In this document: positions 50,930 to 60,730 of the stretch, in pieces | How positions within the stretch are numbered: the stretch's first letter is position 1 | Layout of the letters: each line of letters starts with the position of its first letter | Source of the DNA: an uncultured Anaerolineales bacterium | GTDB taxonomy: Bacteria > Chloroflexota > Anaerolineae > UBA1429 | Length of the DNA: 64,000 bases | Direction of reading: 5' to 3' | Assembly (NCBI GenBank): GCA_964482225.1 | Contig: CAYZWT010000019.1 | Span: 3,909 to 67,908 of the forward strand | Notes under the pieces: generated by a model | What the model was told of the DNA's origin: nothing | Databases searched by the model: none | What the model saw: the letters and a program-made list of their open reading frames with translations, nothing else | Program-made: the position numbers and the translations under genes

Positions 50930-51856
50930 ATGATTGGAAAGGAGAGCATCTTGGACAAGAGACTGCCGATACTCGGCATCGCTACGTTGGTCATCCTGGG
51001 GCTGGTGGTGATCGTGCACCTGGTGGGGCTGGCGGCCCCTGCCCAGGGCGGGCTGACGGCCAGGGGCGAGGCGAGCGACCTGCCCGCGCGGCCCACCCGC
51101 ACCGCCACCCCCTCTGCGACGCCGCTGCCGCCCACCGCCACGCCAACGGCCACGGCCACGCCCGTGCCGCCCACGCCAACGCCGGTGCCGCCGACGGCCA
51201 CGGCCACGGCCACGCTGCCGCCCGCCACAGCCACGCCCACGGCGACCGAAACGCCAGAGCCGACGCAGACGCCGCCCCCGACGGCGATCCCGCCGACGCG
51301 GGTTCCGGCGCCCACCAACACGCCCGTTCCCACGGCGGCGCCGGTGACGGTGCTCAGCTCGGTGCAGGTGAACAACGGCGAGTGGGGCAGCAACTATATC
51401 TTTGCGCGTTATGACAACCCCGAGGGCGACGAGGTCAGCGATGTGCGCGTCAAAGCATCGGACGGACACACGTACAAGGCCGAGCTCGGTTTCCTCTCAC
51501 GCTCGCAATCGTTGGCCCAGATTCAGGCCTACTGGGGTTATGCCCAGCGCGGCGCGGCCAACTGGAAAGGCTTTGTGCGCGTATATGACGCGGTGAATTG
51601 GATCTCGTGCAGCGCCGAGGCCCATGTCTGCTATGAAAAGCACGAGGATTTCGGCCAGGCGGCCATCACATCCAGGGTATATATCAAGCCCCACGTGTGG
51701 GAGTCGTTGGTGAACGACTATTTGGCCGGGGGCTGGCAGGCAACCACCCGCAACGCCTACTATCGCGAGGTCCAGAACGCGGTCTTTAGGCCGATCATTG
51801 ACATTGATCCGCCCGCCGAGCCGTGCATCGGGTTCCGGTTCGTGCGCGTGGATTAG
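50930..51856 (+). CDS. membrane-anchored protein with Thr/Pro-rich linker and unknown ~170-aa C-terminal domain
   Basis: ATG 50930 (MIGKESILDKRLPILGIATLVILGLVVIVHLVGL), a linker of TPT/ATP repeats, and a globular C-terminus with 4 Cys. No family was recognised. Confidence 0.65.
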   Translation: MIGKESILDKRLPILGIATLVILGLVVIVHLVGLAAPAQGGLTARGEASDLPARPTRTATPSATPLPPTATPTATATPVPPTPTPVPPTATATATLPPATATPTATETPEPTQTPPPTAIPPTRVPAPTNTPVPTAAPVTVLSSVQVNNGEWGSNYIFARYDNPEGDEVSDVRVKASDGHTYKAELGFLSRSQSLAQIQAYWGYAQRGAANWKGFVRVYDAVNWISCSAEAHVCYEKHEDFGQAAITSRVYIKPHVWESLVNDYLAGGWQATTRNAYYREVQNAVFRPIIDIDPPAEPCIGFRFVRVD

Positions 51857-51882
51857 CCGCTGCGCCCCGTTGGGCGTGCAAC

Positions 51883-51924
51883 AAACAGCGGGCCGGATGA
51901 CGCCATCCGGCCCGCTGTTTTTGT
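51883..51924. terminator. bidirectional rho-independent terminator
   Basis: 17-bp perfect stem AAACAGCGGGCCGGATG-ACGC-CATCCGGCCCGCTGTTT flanked by T-runs on both strands, between convergent genes. Confidence 0.85.
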
Positions 51925-51936
51925 GCAACTGCGAGG

Positions 51937-53427
51937 CTATGCCCCTTGCCCGACATAGCTGGCGCACACCAGGCGAAAGTGAAAGCCATAAATCGCCAGG
52001 GTGATCGCATGGGGCAGCAGGCGAGGCCGCGTAAAGAGCGTCCAGAAGAACAGCTTCCAGTACTCCCAGCGCTCCTGCCCCTTGACCCCCAGCGCCACGA
52101 TGGAGCGCAAAAAGGCGGCCAGGTATTGCCAGTCCAGCCGGGGACGGATGATATCGGATTTCTTGTAGGTCTTGAGAAAGGTGCGCACCCGCTCATAGTA
52201 GAACTTGGGCGCATAGATGGTCTGCAAGATGCGCCGGTAGCCCTCGTGCAAGAGATCGGGGCTCATCTTGGGCTCAAAGTTCATTGTATCGTCGGTGTTG
52301 TTGCCCGAGATAGCGCCCACCAGCCGGCCCTCTTCGCGCATACGCTCGTACAGGCGGGTGCCAAAGGGCGCCTGCAAGAGCCCCACCATCGCCGTCACAA
52401 TGCCGCTGCTCTGGATGAACTCGATCTGCCGTTGAAAGATCGAGGGGGTATCACTATCAAAGCCGACGATAAAGCCCCCCTGCACCTCTAGCCCGGCCTG
52501 GTGCAAGCGATGCACCGCCTCCACCAGGTCGCGCCCCTGGTTCTGCACCTTGTTGCACTCGGCCAGACCCTCTTCGTCGGGGGTCTCGATGCCCACAAAG
52601 ACCCGATCGAAGCCGGCTTGCACCATCAGCTTGGTCAGCTCGGGATCATCCACCAGGTTGATGGAGACCTCGGTCTGAAAGGCATAGCCGACCTTGTTCT
52701 TGCGCCACTGGATCAGGGCGGGCAGGATGTTGTCCTTGAGATCGCGCTTGTTGCCGATCAAGTTGTCATCCACGAAAAAGACGCCCCCCCGCCAGCCTGT
52801 CGCATAGAGGGCATCCAGCTCGCGGATGATCTGCTCGGCCGTCTTGATACGGGGGCGGCGCCCCAGCATGGCGGTGATGTTGCAGAACTCGCAATCAAAG
52901 GGGCAGCCCCGCGAGTATTGCAGGCACATGGAGGAGTAATGGCGCAGGTCCACCAGTTCCCACATGGGCGTGGGCGTGGCGTGCATATCGGCATAGCCCT
53001 CGCATTCGTACACGCGCCGGGCCTCGCTCCGCGCCAGGTCCTCCAGGAAAGGCGGCAACGAGACCTCGCCCTCGCCCAGCACGAAATGGTCAACCTCGGG
53101 GAAATCCTGCCACTCGCCCAGGAACAGCGGGCCGCCGGCCACCACCGGCACGCCCGCCTGACGGCAGCGGGCCACCAGGGCATGGGTGCTCTCGCGCTGG
53201 GCGACCATGGCGCTCACAAAGACGTAATCGGCCCACTCGAGATCGCGCTGCGAGAGGGGCTGCACGTTCAGATCCACCAGCCGCTTCTCCCACTCCTCGG
53301 GCAGCAGCGCTGCCACGGTGAGCAGGCCCAGGGGCGGGAACGAAGCCTTTTTGCGGATGAAACGCAGGGCGTGGCGGAAACTCCAAAAGGTATCGGGGAA
53401 CTCGGGATAGACTAACAGAATGCGCAT
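51937..53427 (-). CDS. B12-binding domain radical SAM protein (DUF4070-type C-terminus)
   Basis: MRILLVYPEFPDTFWSF B12-like N-domain and radical SAM cluster CPFDCEFCNI (CxxxCxxC). AGGAGG lies 10 nt before ATG 53427. An alternative GTG at 53499 would add 24 aa. Confidence 0.88.
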   Translation of the reverse strand: MRILLVYPEFPDTFWSFRHALRFIRKKASFPPLGLLTVAALLPEEWEKRLVDLNVQPLSQRDLEWADYVFVSAMVAQRESTHALVARCRQAGVPVVAGGPLFLGEWQDFPEVDHFVLGEGEVSLPPFLEDLARSEARRVYECEGYADMHATPTPMWELVDLRHYSSMCLQYSRGCPFDCEFCNITAMLGRRPRIKTAEQIIRELDALYATGWRGGVFFVDDNLIGNKRDLKDNILPALIQWRKNKVGYAFQTEVSINLVDDPELTKLMVQAGFDRVFVGIETPDEEGLAECNKVQNQGRDLVEAVHRLHQAGLEVQGGFIVGFDSDTPSIFQRQIEFIQSSGIVTAMVGLLQAPFGTRLYERMREEGRLVGAISGNNTDDTMNFEPKMSPDLLHEGYRRILQTIYAPKFYYERVRTFLKTYKKSDIIRPRLDWQYLAAFLRSIVALGVKGQERWEYWKLFFWTLFTRPRLLPHAITLAIYGFHFRLVCASYVGQGA

Positions 53428-53535
53428 GCGAACCAGGCCTCCTATTGATACAAACACGCCCCCGCGCCCCCATGGGCGCTCGATGGGCGACGTGCTCACT
53501 ACATATGACCCTCCTTACGTCAAAAGGTTGCAGGT

Positions 53536-53578
53536 TTGACGCTTTACGAGCCTGCGCGTACAATTAGGTCTGCTAATT
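53536..53578 (+). promoter_or_regulatory. marR promoter with overlapping palindromic operator candidate
   Basis: TTGACG (53536-53541)-17 nt-TACAAT (53559-53564). The inverted repeat AATTAG-GTCTG-CTAATT (53562-53578) overlaps the -10. Confidence 0.55.
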
Positions 53579-53592
53579 GTTAGAGGTGCTAA

Positions 53593-54054
53593 ATGATGTC
53601 TGACAAACAACAGCGCGCGGCAGGTCTCGTGGTCGAGGTGATCCCCAAGATCATGCGTGCGCTGGCCTCGGATTGGCGCCATGTGGATGATCGGGCCGAC
53701 CCCGGGCACTTTCGTATCCTGCTGATCCTGACCGAGGGGCCCGCCAACCTCAGCGCCCTGGCCGCCAAACTGGAGGTCAGCCTGCCCACCATGTCCAACT
53801 CGATCTCGACCCTGGTGGAGCGCGGTTGGGTGGCGCGCCGCCGCGACCCGGAAGACCGGCGGCGGGTGCTAATCGAGATTACGGCCCAGGGATGCGCCGT
53901 GTTGGAGCGCATCCGCCATGTCGCCCAGATCCAGGTCGAGCGGACTCTGCGCGATCTGACGGATGTGGAATATGACCAGATCATCGCCGGCCTGGATACC
54001 CTGCGCCGCGCCCTGGATGGAGAGGATAGCGCCCTCTGCCACAAGCAAGCGTAG
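53593..54054 (+). CDS. MarR family transcriptional regulator
   Basis: wHTH LSALAAKLEVSLPTMSNSISTLVERGWVARRRDPEDRRRVLIEIT. Confidence 0.88.
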   Translation: MMSDKQQRAAGLVVEVIPKIMRALASDWRHVDDRADPGHFRILLILTEGPANLSALAAKLEVSLPTMSNSISTLVERGWVARRRDPEDRRRVLIEITAQGCAVLERIRHVAQIQVERTLRDLTDVEYDQIIAGLDTLRRALDGEDSALCHKQA

Positions 54055-54105
54055 ACGTCAACGGCTTGCATCCCCTTTATGATCCAATCCTCGTGAGGAG
54101 TTGTC

Positions 54106-55878
54106 GTGAAACAGTTATTGCGCTCCTTTCGCTATCTCAAGCCCTATTGGCCCCTGGCTCTAGGCTCGCTGCTCAGCATGTTCCTATCGGCGGGCGCCAT
54201 GCTGTTCCTGCCGCGCCTGCAGCAAATGGCCATAGACCAGGGTATCTCCCAGGGCGATATGGGCGTGGTCTGGCGTTTGGCGATCGTGGCGGTCGGCCTG
54301 GCCCTGGTGCGCGGGCTGTTCCAGTTCGGCCAAGGCGCCCTTGCCATCCGTTCTGCCCAGGGCGTGGCTTTTGACATGCGCAACGATGTCTATGGCAAGA
54401 TCCAGTCTCTCTCCTTCAGCTATCACGACAAGATCCACACCGGCCAACTGCTGACCCGCGCCACCTCGGATGTGGATCGCGTGCAGGGGTTCATCGGGCA
54501 CGGCGCCGTGATGCTGCTCTCGGCGGTGTTCATGATCGGCGGCTCGGTCGTGCTGCTCTTTAGCCTGAATGCGCGCCTGGCGCGGATCATGCTGATCATG
54601 GTGCCCGTCACCCTGGCGCTCTTTGCCCTCTTTGCCAGGGCCGCCTTTCCGCTCTTTCGCGAGGTGCAACGCAAGCTCGACGACCTGAACACGGTGCTAC
54701 AAGAGAACTTTGCCGGCATCCGCGTGATCAAGTCGTTCGTACGCGAGGCCCACGAGGCGCACCGCTATGAAAAGGTCAACCTCGAGTTCTATGACCTGAA
54801 TATTCGCGTCAACAACATCCTGTCGTTGGCCTTTCCCACCATCTTTGGCGTGCTGAATGTCGCCACCCTGGCGATCTACTGGATGGGTGGCCTGCAGGTG
54901 ATCGGCGAGACCCTGACACTGGGCGAGCTGGTGGCCTTTGCCACCTATCTGGGCATGGCCTTTTTCCCCGTGCTGATGATCGGGTTCATCGTCACCATGC
55001 TCTCCAGCGCCTCAGCCTCGGCGGTGCGCATTTTCGAGCTGCTGGACGCCGAATCCGAGGTGGTGGAGCAACCCGGCGCCATCGCGCTGCCGCCCGTGCA
55101 GGGGCGCATCGCCTTTGAGCACGTCACCTTTCGTTACTATGAGGGGGGCGAGCCGGTGCTGGATGACGTGAGCTTTGAGGTGGAGCCGGGGCAGACCCTG
55201 GCGCTGCTGGGCACCACGGGCTCGGGTAAATCCACCATCATCAACCTGATCCCGCGCTTTTACGACGTGCGCGAGGGGGGCATCCGTATAGACGGCTACG
55301 ATACCCGCCAGGTGACGCTGGAATCGCTGCGCAGCCAGATCGGCATCGTGCTACAAGAGACCAACCTGTTCGATGGCGCCATCCGCGATAACATCGCCTT
55401 TGGCTGCCCTCAGGCCACGCAGGAAGAGATCGAGCGCGCGGCGCGGGCCGCCGAGGCCCACGATTTCATCGTCGGCTTTCCCGATGGCTATGAGACCCAT
55501 GTGGGCGAGCGTGGCGTCAACCTCTCCGGCGGGCAAAAGCAGCGCATCGCCATCGCCCGCGCTTTGCTGCTGAACCCGGCCATCCTGATCCTGGATGACG
55601 CCACCTCTAGCGTGGACCTGGCCACCGAGCTTCGCATCCAAAAGGCGCTGGACCACCTGATGCAGGGGCGCACCAGCATCGTCGTGGCGCAGCGGGTGGC
55701 GACGGTGCTGAACGCCGACCAGATCCTGGTGCTGGACAAGGGGCGCATTGTGGCCCGTGGCGCCCATGAAGAGCTGATCCGCAGCAGCGAGCTGTATGCC
55801 GAGATCTATTCCTCGCAGTTGCAGGACGACCGCTACCTGCTACAGCAGGCCGAAATCACCCGGGAGGTTACCCCATGA
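54106..55878 (+). CDS. ABC transporter permease/ATP-binding fusion (exporter half-transporter)
   Basis: 6-TM domain, then Walker A GTTGSGKST, signature LSGGQKQR, and Walker B ILILDDATS. GTG start after GAGGAG. Confidence 0.9.
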   Translation: MKQLLRSFRYLKPYWPLALGSLLSMFLSAGAMLFLPRLQQMAIDQGISQGDMGVVWRLAIVAVGLALVRGLFQFGQGALAIRSAQGVAFDMRNDVYGKIQSLSFSYHDKIHTGQLLTRATSDVDRVQGFIGHGAVMLLSAVFMIGGSVVLLFSLNARLARIMLIMVPVTLALFALFARAAFPLFREVQRKLDDLNTVLQENFAGIRVIKSFVREAHEAHRYEKVNLEFYDLNIRVNNILSLAFPTIFGVLNVATLAIYWMGGLQVIGETLTLGELVAFATYLGMAFFPVLMIGFIVTMLSSASASAVRIFELLDAESEVVEQPGAIALPPVQGRIAFEHVTFRYYEGGEPVLDDVSFEVEPGQTLALLGTTGSGKSTIINLIPRFYDVREGGIRIDGYDTRQVTLESLRSQIGIVLQETNLFDGAIRDNIAFGCPQATQEEIERAARAAEAHDFIVGFPDGYETHVGERGVNLSGGQKQRIAIARALLLNPAILILDDATSSVDLATELRIQKALDHLMQGRTSIVVAQRVATVLNADQILVLDKGRIVARGAHEELIRSSELYAEIYSSQLQDDRYLLQQAEITREVTP

Positions 55879-57749
55879 GACGTCCGGGCGCCCTCGAGGT
55901 GCAAAAGCCGCAGGACGTGGGCCAAGTGTTGCGCCGTCTGGCCCCCTATTTCAGTCCCTTCAAGCATCGCCTGATCGCCATCGCAGTGCTGCTGGTGCTG
56001 GGCACCCTGACCGATCTGGCCGCCCCGTACCTGATCGGCGTTGCCATTGACCAGTTCATCGCCCTGCCCGAGGGCGGCATGCCCTTCTGGCTGGGCTGGC
56101 TGGTGGGGCCGGATGCCGGCCGCGCCTCTGGGCTGGCCATCGCCATGTTGACCCTGCTGGCGATGTATGCCATCTCGTGGGTGCTGAACGTGACCCAGTT
56201 CCGGCTGATGGTGCGCGTCAGCCAGCGAGTGCTGCTGACCATGCGCGCCCAGATCCTGGACCAGCTCCACCTCCTCTCGCTGGATTTCTTTGACCAACAC
56301 CAGGCGGGCGATCTGATGAGCCGCCTGACCAACGACACCCAGGTGATCAACGACATGTTCGGCCAGGGGTTGATGCGCATCCTGCGCATGAGCCTGAGCC
56401 TGGTGGGCATCGTGATCGCCATGCTCGCCCTGAACTGGCGGCTGGCCCTGGCCTCTTTTGCCATCCTGCCGGTGATCCTGGCGGCCACGGCCTACTTTTC
56501 GGGGCGGGTGCGCCGCGCCTATCGCGAGACCCGCAAGACCATCGGCGCCGTCAGCGCCGAGTTGCAGGAGAACATCTCGGGCATCCGCGAGGTGCAGGCC
56601 TTTGCCCGCGAGAACGAGACCATCGGTGAGTTCCGCGAGGTAAACCGGCGCAACCGCAACGCCGTGGTCAACGCCGAGACGATCAGCGCGCTCTTTATGC
56701 CCGTGCTGGATGTGCTCAGCACCGTGGCGGCGGCGGTGGTGATCGGGTTCGGGGGCTATCTGGTGCTGGGCTTTGACCCGCCGCTGGTGAGCGTGGGCAT
56801 TATTGTGGCGTTCCTGAACTATGTGCGGCGCTTTTACGACCCGATCCGCGAGATGGCCAACCTCTGGGGCCAGATGCAATCGGCCATCGCGGGCTCGGAG
56901 CGCATTTTCGAGCTGCTGGATACCGAGCAGAGCGTCAAGGATCGGCCCGACCCAAGCTGCCTGCCCAGCGTGCTGGAAGGGCGCGTCGTGTATGAGGACG
57001 TCTCCTTCCGCTACAAGGAGGACGAGCCCGTTCTGGATCATGTCAACGCCGTGATCGAGCCGGGGCAGATGATCGCGCTGGTGGGACCCACCGGCGCGGG
57101 CAAAACGACCTTTGTGAACCTGCTGTTGCGCCTGTATGACGTCCAGAGCGGCAGCATCCGCATTGACGGCTGCGATGTCCGGGATGTATCCCAGGCCACC
57201 CTGCGCGAGGCCATCGGCATGGTGCCCCAGGATACCTACCTGTTCTCGTCCACTATCATGGAGAATATCCGCTACGGGCGACTGGACGCCACGGATGAAG
57301 AGGTGATGGAGGCGGCGCGCGTCGCCAATGCGGACGGGTTCATCCGGCGGTTGCCCGAGGGCTATCAGACCCAGGTGGGTGAGCGCGGCTCAAACCTGAG
57401 CCAGGGCCACCGCCAGATGATCGCCATCTCGCGGGCGATCCTGAACTCGCCCAAGATCCTGGTGCTGGACGAGGCCACCAGTTCGGTGGATACCCGCACC
57501 GAGCTCTTGATCCAGGAGGCGCTGGACAAGCTCATGTCCGAGCGCACCAGCGTCGTGATCGCCCACCGGCTGAGCACCATCCGCAAGGCCGACCAGATCC
57601 TGGTCATCCAGGATGGCCAGATCGTCGAGCGGGGCACTCATACGGAGCTGTTGACGCACGAGGGAGTCTATCGCGAGCTGTACATGAGCCAGTTCCGCCG
57701 CCAAGAGGGGATGTTCGAGCCCGCCGAGGCGGCTGCGCCGGGGGCCTGA
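55875..57749 (+). CDS. ABC transporter permease/ATP-binding fusion (partner half-transporter)
   Basis: Walker A GPTGAGKTT, degenerate signature LSQGHRQM, and Walker B ILVLDEATS. A 4-nt ATGA overlap with the upstream gene suggests a heterodimer with one degenerate site. Confidence 0.9.
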   Translation: MRRPGALEVQKPQDVGQVLRRLAPYFSPFKHRLIAIAVLLVLGTLTDLAAPYLIGVAIDQFIALPEGGMPFWLGWLVGPDAGRASGLAIAMLTLLAMYAISWVLNVTQFRLMVRVSQRVLLTMRAQILDQLHLLSLDFFDQHQAGDLMSRLTNDTQVINDMFGQGLMRILRMSLSLVGIVIAMLALNWRLALASFAILPVILAATAYFSGRVRRAYRETRKTIGAVSAELQENISGIREVQAFARENETIGEFREVNRRNRNAVVNAETISALFMPVLDVLSTVAAAVVIGFGGYLVLGFDPPLVSVGIIVAFLNYVRRFYDPIREMANLWGQMQSAIAGSERIFELLDTEQSVKDRPDPSCLPSVLEGRVVYEDVSFRYKEDEPVLDHVNAVIEPGQMIALVGPTGAGKTTFVNLLLRLYDVQSGSIRIDGCDVRDVSQATLREAIGMVPQDTYLFSSTIMENIRYGRLDATDEEVMEAARVANADGFIRRLPEGYQTQVGERGSNLSQGHRQMIAISRAILNSPKILVLDEATSSVDTRTELLIQEALDKLMSERTSVVIAHRLSTIRKADQILVIQDGQIVERGTHTELLTHEGVYRELYMSQFRRQEGMFEPAEAAAPGA

Positions 57750-57769
57750 TTGCCCACTCCGAGCGCAAG

Positions 57770-57803
57770 ACGGGCCGACGCCTTATGGTGTCGGCCCGTT
57801 TGT
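57770..57803. terminator. hairpin terminator between convergent genes
   Basis: ACGGGCCGAC-10 nt-GTCGGCCCGT followed by TTTG. Confidence 0.65.
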
Positions 57804-57814
57804 CGTACCTGGGC

Positions 57815-59152
57815 CTACGCGCCCCCGCCCCAGGCCAGGGTGGCGACGGTCTTGGCCGGGATGGCGGCGCGCACGAGCCAGCCGGGCCAGGCAAGGATGC
57901 ACGCACGGGCTTCTTGCGTCTGGTTCACCACGATGGCCACCATCTCGCCATCGGGGTTCTGGAAAGCGGCCTGGGTCAGCGTCGCGGGCGAGCCAGGATC
58001 GCAGGCGATGCGCCGGGCCCCGGCCCGCACAAAGCGGGTGATCTGGCCCAGCATATAGTACTCGGGTATATACCAGACCTCATTGGGGTCCAGGCGGCTG
58101 ACGGTCACAATCGTTGGGCTGCAACTGTGAGGGCCGGGATTGGGCTCTTGCACGTCGTTCAGGCAGGTGACCCAGGCGCTATAGCTGCGCGAATCGTTGC
58201 GCAGGTATTGCAGGATGCGCTCGATGCCACGCGTTCCCCAGGTCGAGTGCTCGGTCATATAGACCGGCTTGTCGGGGTAGTCGCGATGCAGGGCGCCCAT
58301 CTCGGAGGGCTCGCCCTCGTAATCGTGAAAGGCGACGCCGTCGGTAGCGGCATAGCCCTTGGGATCGCCGAGGATGCGCCCCGGAACGGTCATGGCCTCG
58401 GCAAAGTTGTGGTCAAAGATCCAGATCTCGGTCTCGAGGTTGTGCCGGTCAAACTCCTCGCGCACCTCCAGCAGCAGGCGCCGCTGATCCTCCCAGCTAT
58501 AGTAGCAGGTGGGGTAGCCCGGATGTGGGAACATGGGCTCGTTCTGCAGGGTAAAGGCGTGGATGGGGATGCCCTGTTCCTGATAGGCCTGGATGGCCAT
58601 GCGATAGTAGCGGGCCGCCGTGGCGTAATACCCGGGCAGCAGGTGGCCGCCGCACATGCTATCGTTGGATTTCATCCAGCCGGGGGGACTCCAGGGTGAG
58701 GCGAAAAAGCGCAGCTCCGGGTTGATGGCCAGCGCCTCGTGCAGCACCTCCAGGATGTGCAGGTCAATGTCCTTCTGGATGCTGAAATGGGCCAGCTCCG
58801 GGTCCTTTTGGCCGGGGGGCATGTCGTCGTAAGAGTAGTAGGGCGCCGAGGTAAAGTCCGAGGCGCCAAAGCAGATGCGCATCAAGTTCCAACCGATGCC
58901 CTCCTGGGGGTGCACCAGGTCGCGCAGCACGCGGCGGCGTAGCTCGGGCGCCATGCGCATCAGGTGATAGACGCTGGCCTCCTCAAAGGAGGAGCCCATG
59001 CCGAGGATGGACTGGTAGCGTTGCGACGGGTCCAGGCGGGCCGCCTCAGCCGGGGCAACGCTCACCGGCGTCGCAACGAGGTCGGGCTGGCGGCTGAGGC
59101 GATGTTGCTCCGCGTCCTCCGAGGTAAACCAGACTTGTACGTTCGGACTCAT
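57815..59152 (-). CDS. glycoside hydrolase family 30 (glucosylceramidase-like)
   Basis: ILGMGSSFEEAS, RICFGASDF and FASPWSPPGWMK motifs. ATG 59152 lies after AAGGAG. The upstream extension in the ORF track is Arg/Trp-rich. Confidence 0.85.
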   Translation of the reverse strand: MSPNVQVWFTSEDAEQHRLSRQPDLVATPVSVAPAEAARLDPSQRYQSILGMGSSFEEASVYHLMRMAPELRRRVLRDLVHPQEGIGWNLMRICFGASDFTSAPYYSYDDMPPGQKDPELAHFSIQKDIDLHILEVLHEALAINPELRFFASPWSPPGWMKSNDSMCGGHLLPGYYATAARYYRMAIQAYQEQGIPIHAFTLQNEPMFPHPGYPTCYYSWEDQRRLLLEVREEFDRHNLETEIWIFDHNFAEAMTVPGRILGDPKGYAATDGVAFHDYEGEPSEMGALHRDYPDKPVYMTEHSTWGTRGIERILQYLRNDSRSYSAWVTCLNDVQEPNPGPHSCSPTIVTVSRLDPNEVWYIPEYYMLGQITRFVRAGARRIACDPGSPATLTQAAFQNPDGEMVAIVVNQTQEARACILAWPGWLVRAAIPAKTVATLAWGGGA

Positions 59153-59192
59153 CGCATTCGCTCCTTTGGTTACTCTCCGGGGCGCCGCCCCG

Positions 59193-60578
59193 CTAACAAC
59201 CGCTGCTCTTCCAGATGCCATCCATGCGCCAGGCGTCCAGTGCCAGCAGCCGCGCCGAGCCGCCGGATGCCACCAAGGCCACCTGGATGCTATCCTCGCG
59301 GGTGGGATAGACCCTGGCCGTGAGGCAGGCCCGTTCATTGGCAAACACCTCGATCACCGATTCGTCCAGGAACACGCGCAGAGAGAGGGGCTCGCCCTGC
59401 AAATCCAGCGGCGCCTCGGCCAAGCGGCCCTCGGTCTCGGGGGCCAGGCTGGCGGCGCGTGAATCGACCACGAGTTGTTGCCGAGCCGCCTCGTAAGAGA
59501 TGGTCACGCCCTCGGCGCCATCGGGGCTGCGCCGCACGGCCAGGCCGACCGTCTGGGCCTGCTGGGGGTCCAGCTCGGCGCTCAATTCCAGGCAGGCCCC
59601 GCGCACCGGCGCCAGGGGCATGAGGCCCTCGATGGCGCCGGGCTGCACGCGCACATGCTCCCGGCGCAGGCTCGCCAGCTCGGGCACGGGGCGCTGGCGC
59701 AGGCTCCCATCGGCGGCCAGGGATAGCTCGCGGGGCAGAGATTGCACCCCCGCCCAGCCGGCGGCCAGGGTAGCCTCCTGGTTGCGCCCCTCCAGCAGCC
59801 AGCCCAGGCAGATGCGCCGCCCGCTTTCGTCAATGAACGCCTGGGGCGCATAGTAGAGACCGCCGTGATCCAGCAGGCCGTGCTGCTGGGGCGTAAAGCG
59901 ATGATCGGCATAGCGCCCCGTGAAATAGTGGGCCTGGCGAAAGGGCTCGGGTGAAAAGAGCAACAGGTGCCGGTCGCCCAGGGGCAGGAAATTGGGGCAC
60001 TCCCAGTTGTGGCCCGTCTCCTCGATCTTGCCCTCGCACAAGAGCCCGAGGTACTCCCAGCGCTCCAGATCGGGCGAGCGATACAGCAGGATCGCGCCGC
60101 CCCGTCCCCGGATGCCAGAGCCCAGCGCCATATACCAGCCGTCGCCCTCGCGCCACACGCATGGATCGCGAAAGCCGGTGACCTCCAGCCCCTCGGGCGG
60201 CCCGGCGATGACAGGGTTGCACGGCGATTTGCGCCACACGATCATCTCGTCGTCGCTGCTCGCCAGGCATTGCACCTCGGGCCGCACGCCGGTATAGACC
60301 AGGGTGGGCACACCGTCGCGGTTCACGGCGCAGCCGCTCCACACGCCGTCCTTGTCGGGGCCGCCCGGCGTGGGCGCCAGGGCGATGGGTTGGTGCACCC
60401 AGTGCACCAGATCGCGGCTGGTGGCATGGCCCCAGTGCATGGGCCCCCAGTTGGCCGAGTTGGGGTGGTACTGGTAAAAGAGGTGATAGACGCCCTTCCA
60501 CTGGATCAGGCCGTTGGGGTCGTTCATCCAGTTGGCCAGGGGCAGGAAATGGTATTGGGGCCGATGACGCAGATCCAT
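59193..60578 (-). CDS. glycoside hydrolase family 32 (beta-fructofuranosidase/sucrose-6-phosphate hydrolase-like)
   Basis: NWMNDPNGL nucleophile motif, FRDPCV and WECPNF. ATG 60578 lies after AGGAGG. Confidence 0.9.
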   Translation of the reverse strand: MDLRHRPQYHFLPLANWMNDPNGLIQWKGVYHLFYQYHPNSANWGPMHWGHATSRDLVHWVHQPIALAPTPGGPDKDGVWSGCAVNRDGVPTLVYTGVRPEVQCLASSDDEMIVWRKSPCNPVIAGPPEGLEVTGFRDPCVWREGDGWYMALGSGIRGRGGAILLYRSPDLERWEYLGLLCEGKIEETGHNWECPNFLPLGDRHLLLFSPEPFRQAHYFTGRYADHRFTPQQHGLLDHGGLYYAPQAFIDESGRRICLGWLLEGRNQEATLAAGWAGVQSLPRELSLAADGSLRQRPVPELASLRREHVRVQPGAIEGLMPLAPVRGACLELSAELDPQQAQTVGLAVRRSPDGAEGVTISYEAARQQLVVDSRAASLAPETEGRLAEAPLDLQGEPLSLRVFLDESVIEVFANERACLTARVYPTREDSIQVALVASGGSARLLALDAWRMDGIWKSSGC

Positions 60579-60730
60579 CGAGAGCTGCCTCCTTGTAGGC
60601 ATGATGGCGACACGGGGCATGGTAACACAAAAGGGGCGGCAGGGCACGCGCATTCGCTGGCGCCCGCGCTCTGGCTCTGGTACACTGGGCGCATAGAGCA
60701 CCCAGACCTCGTTCACAAGGAGCAGTTCCC

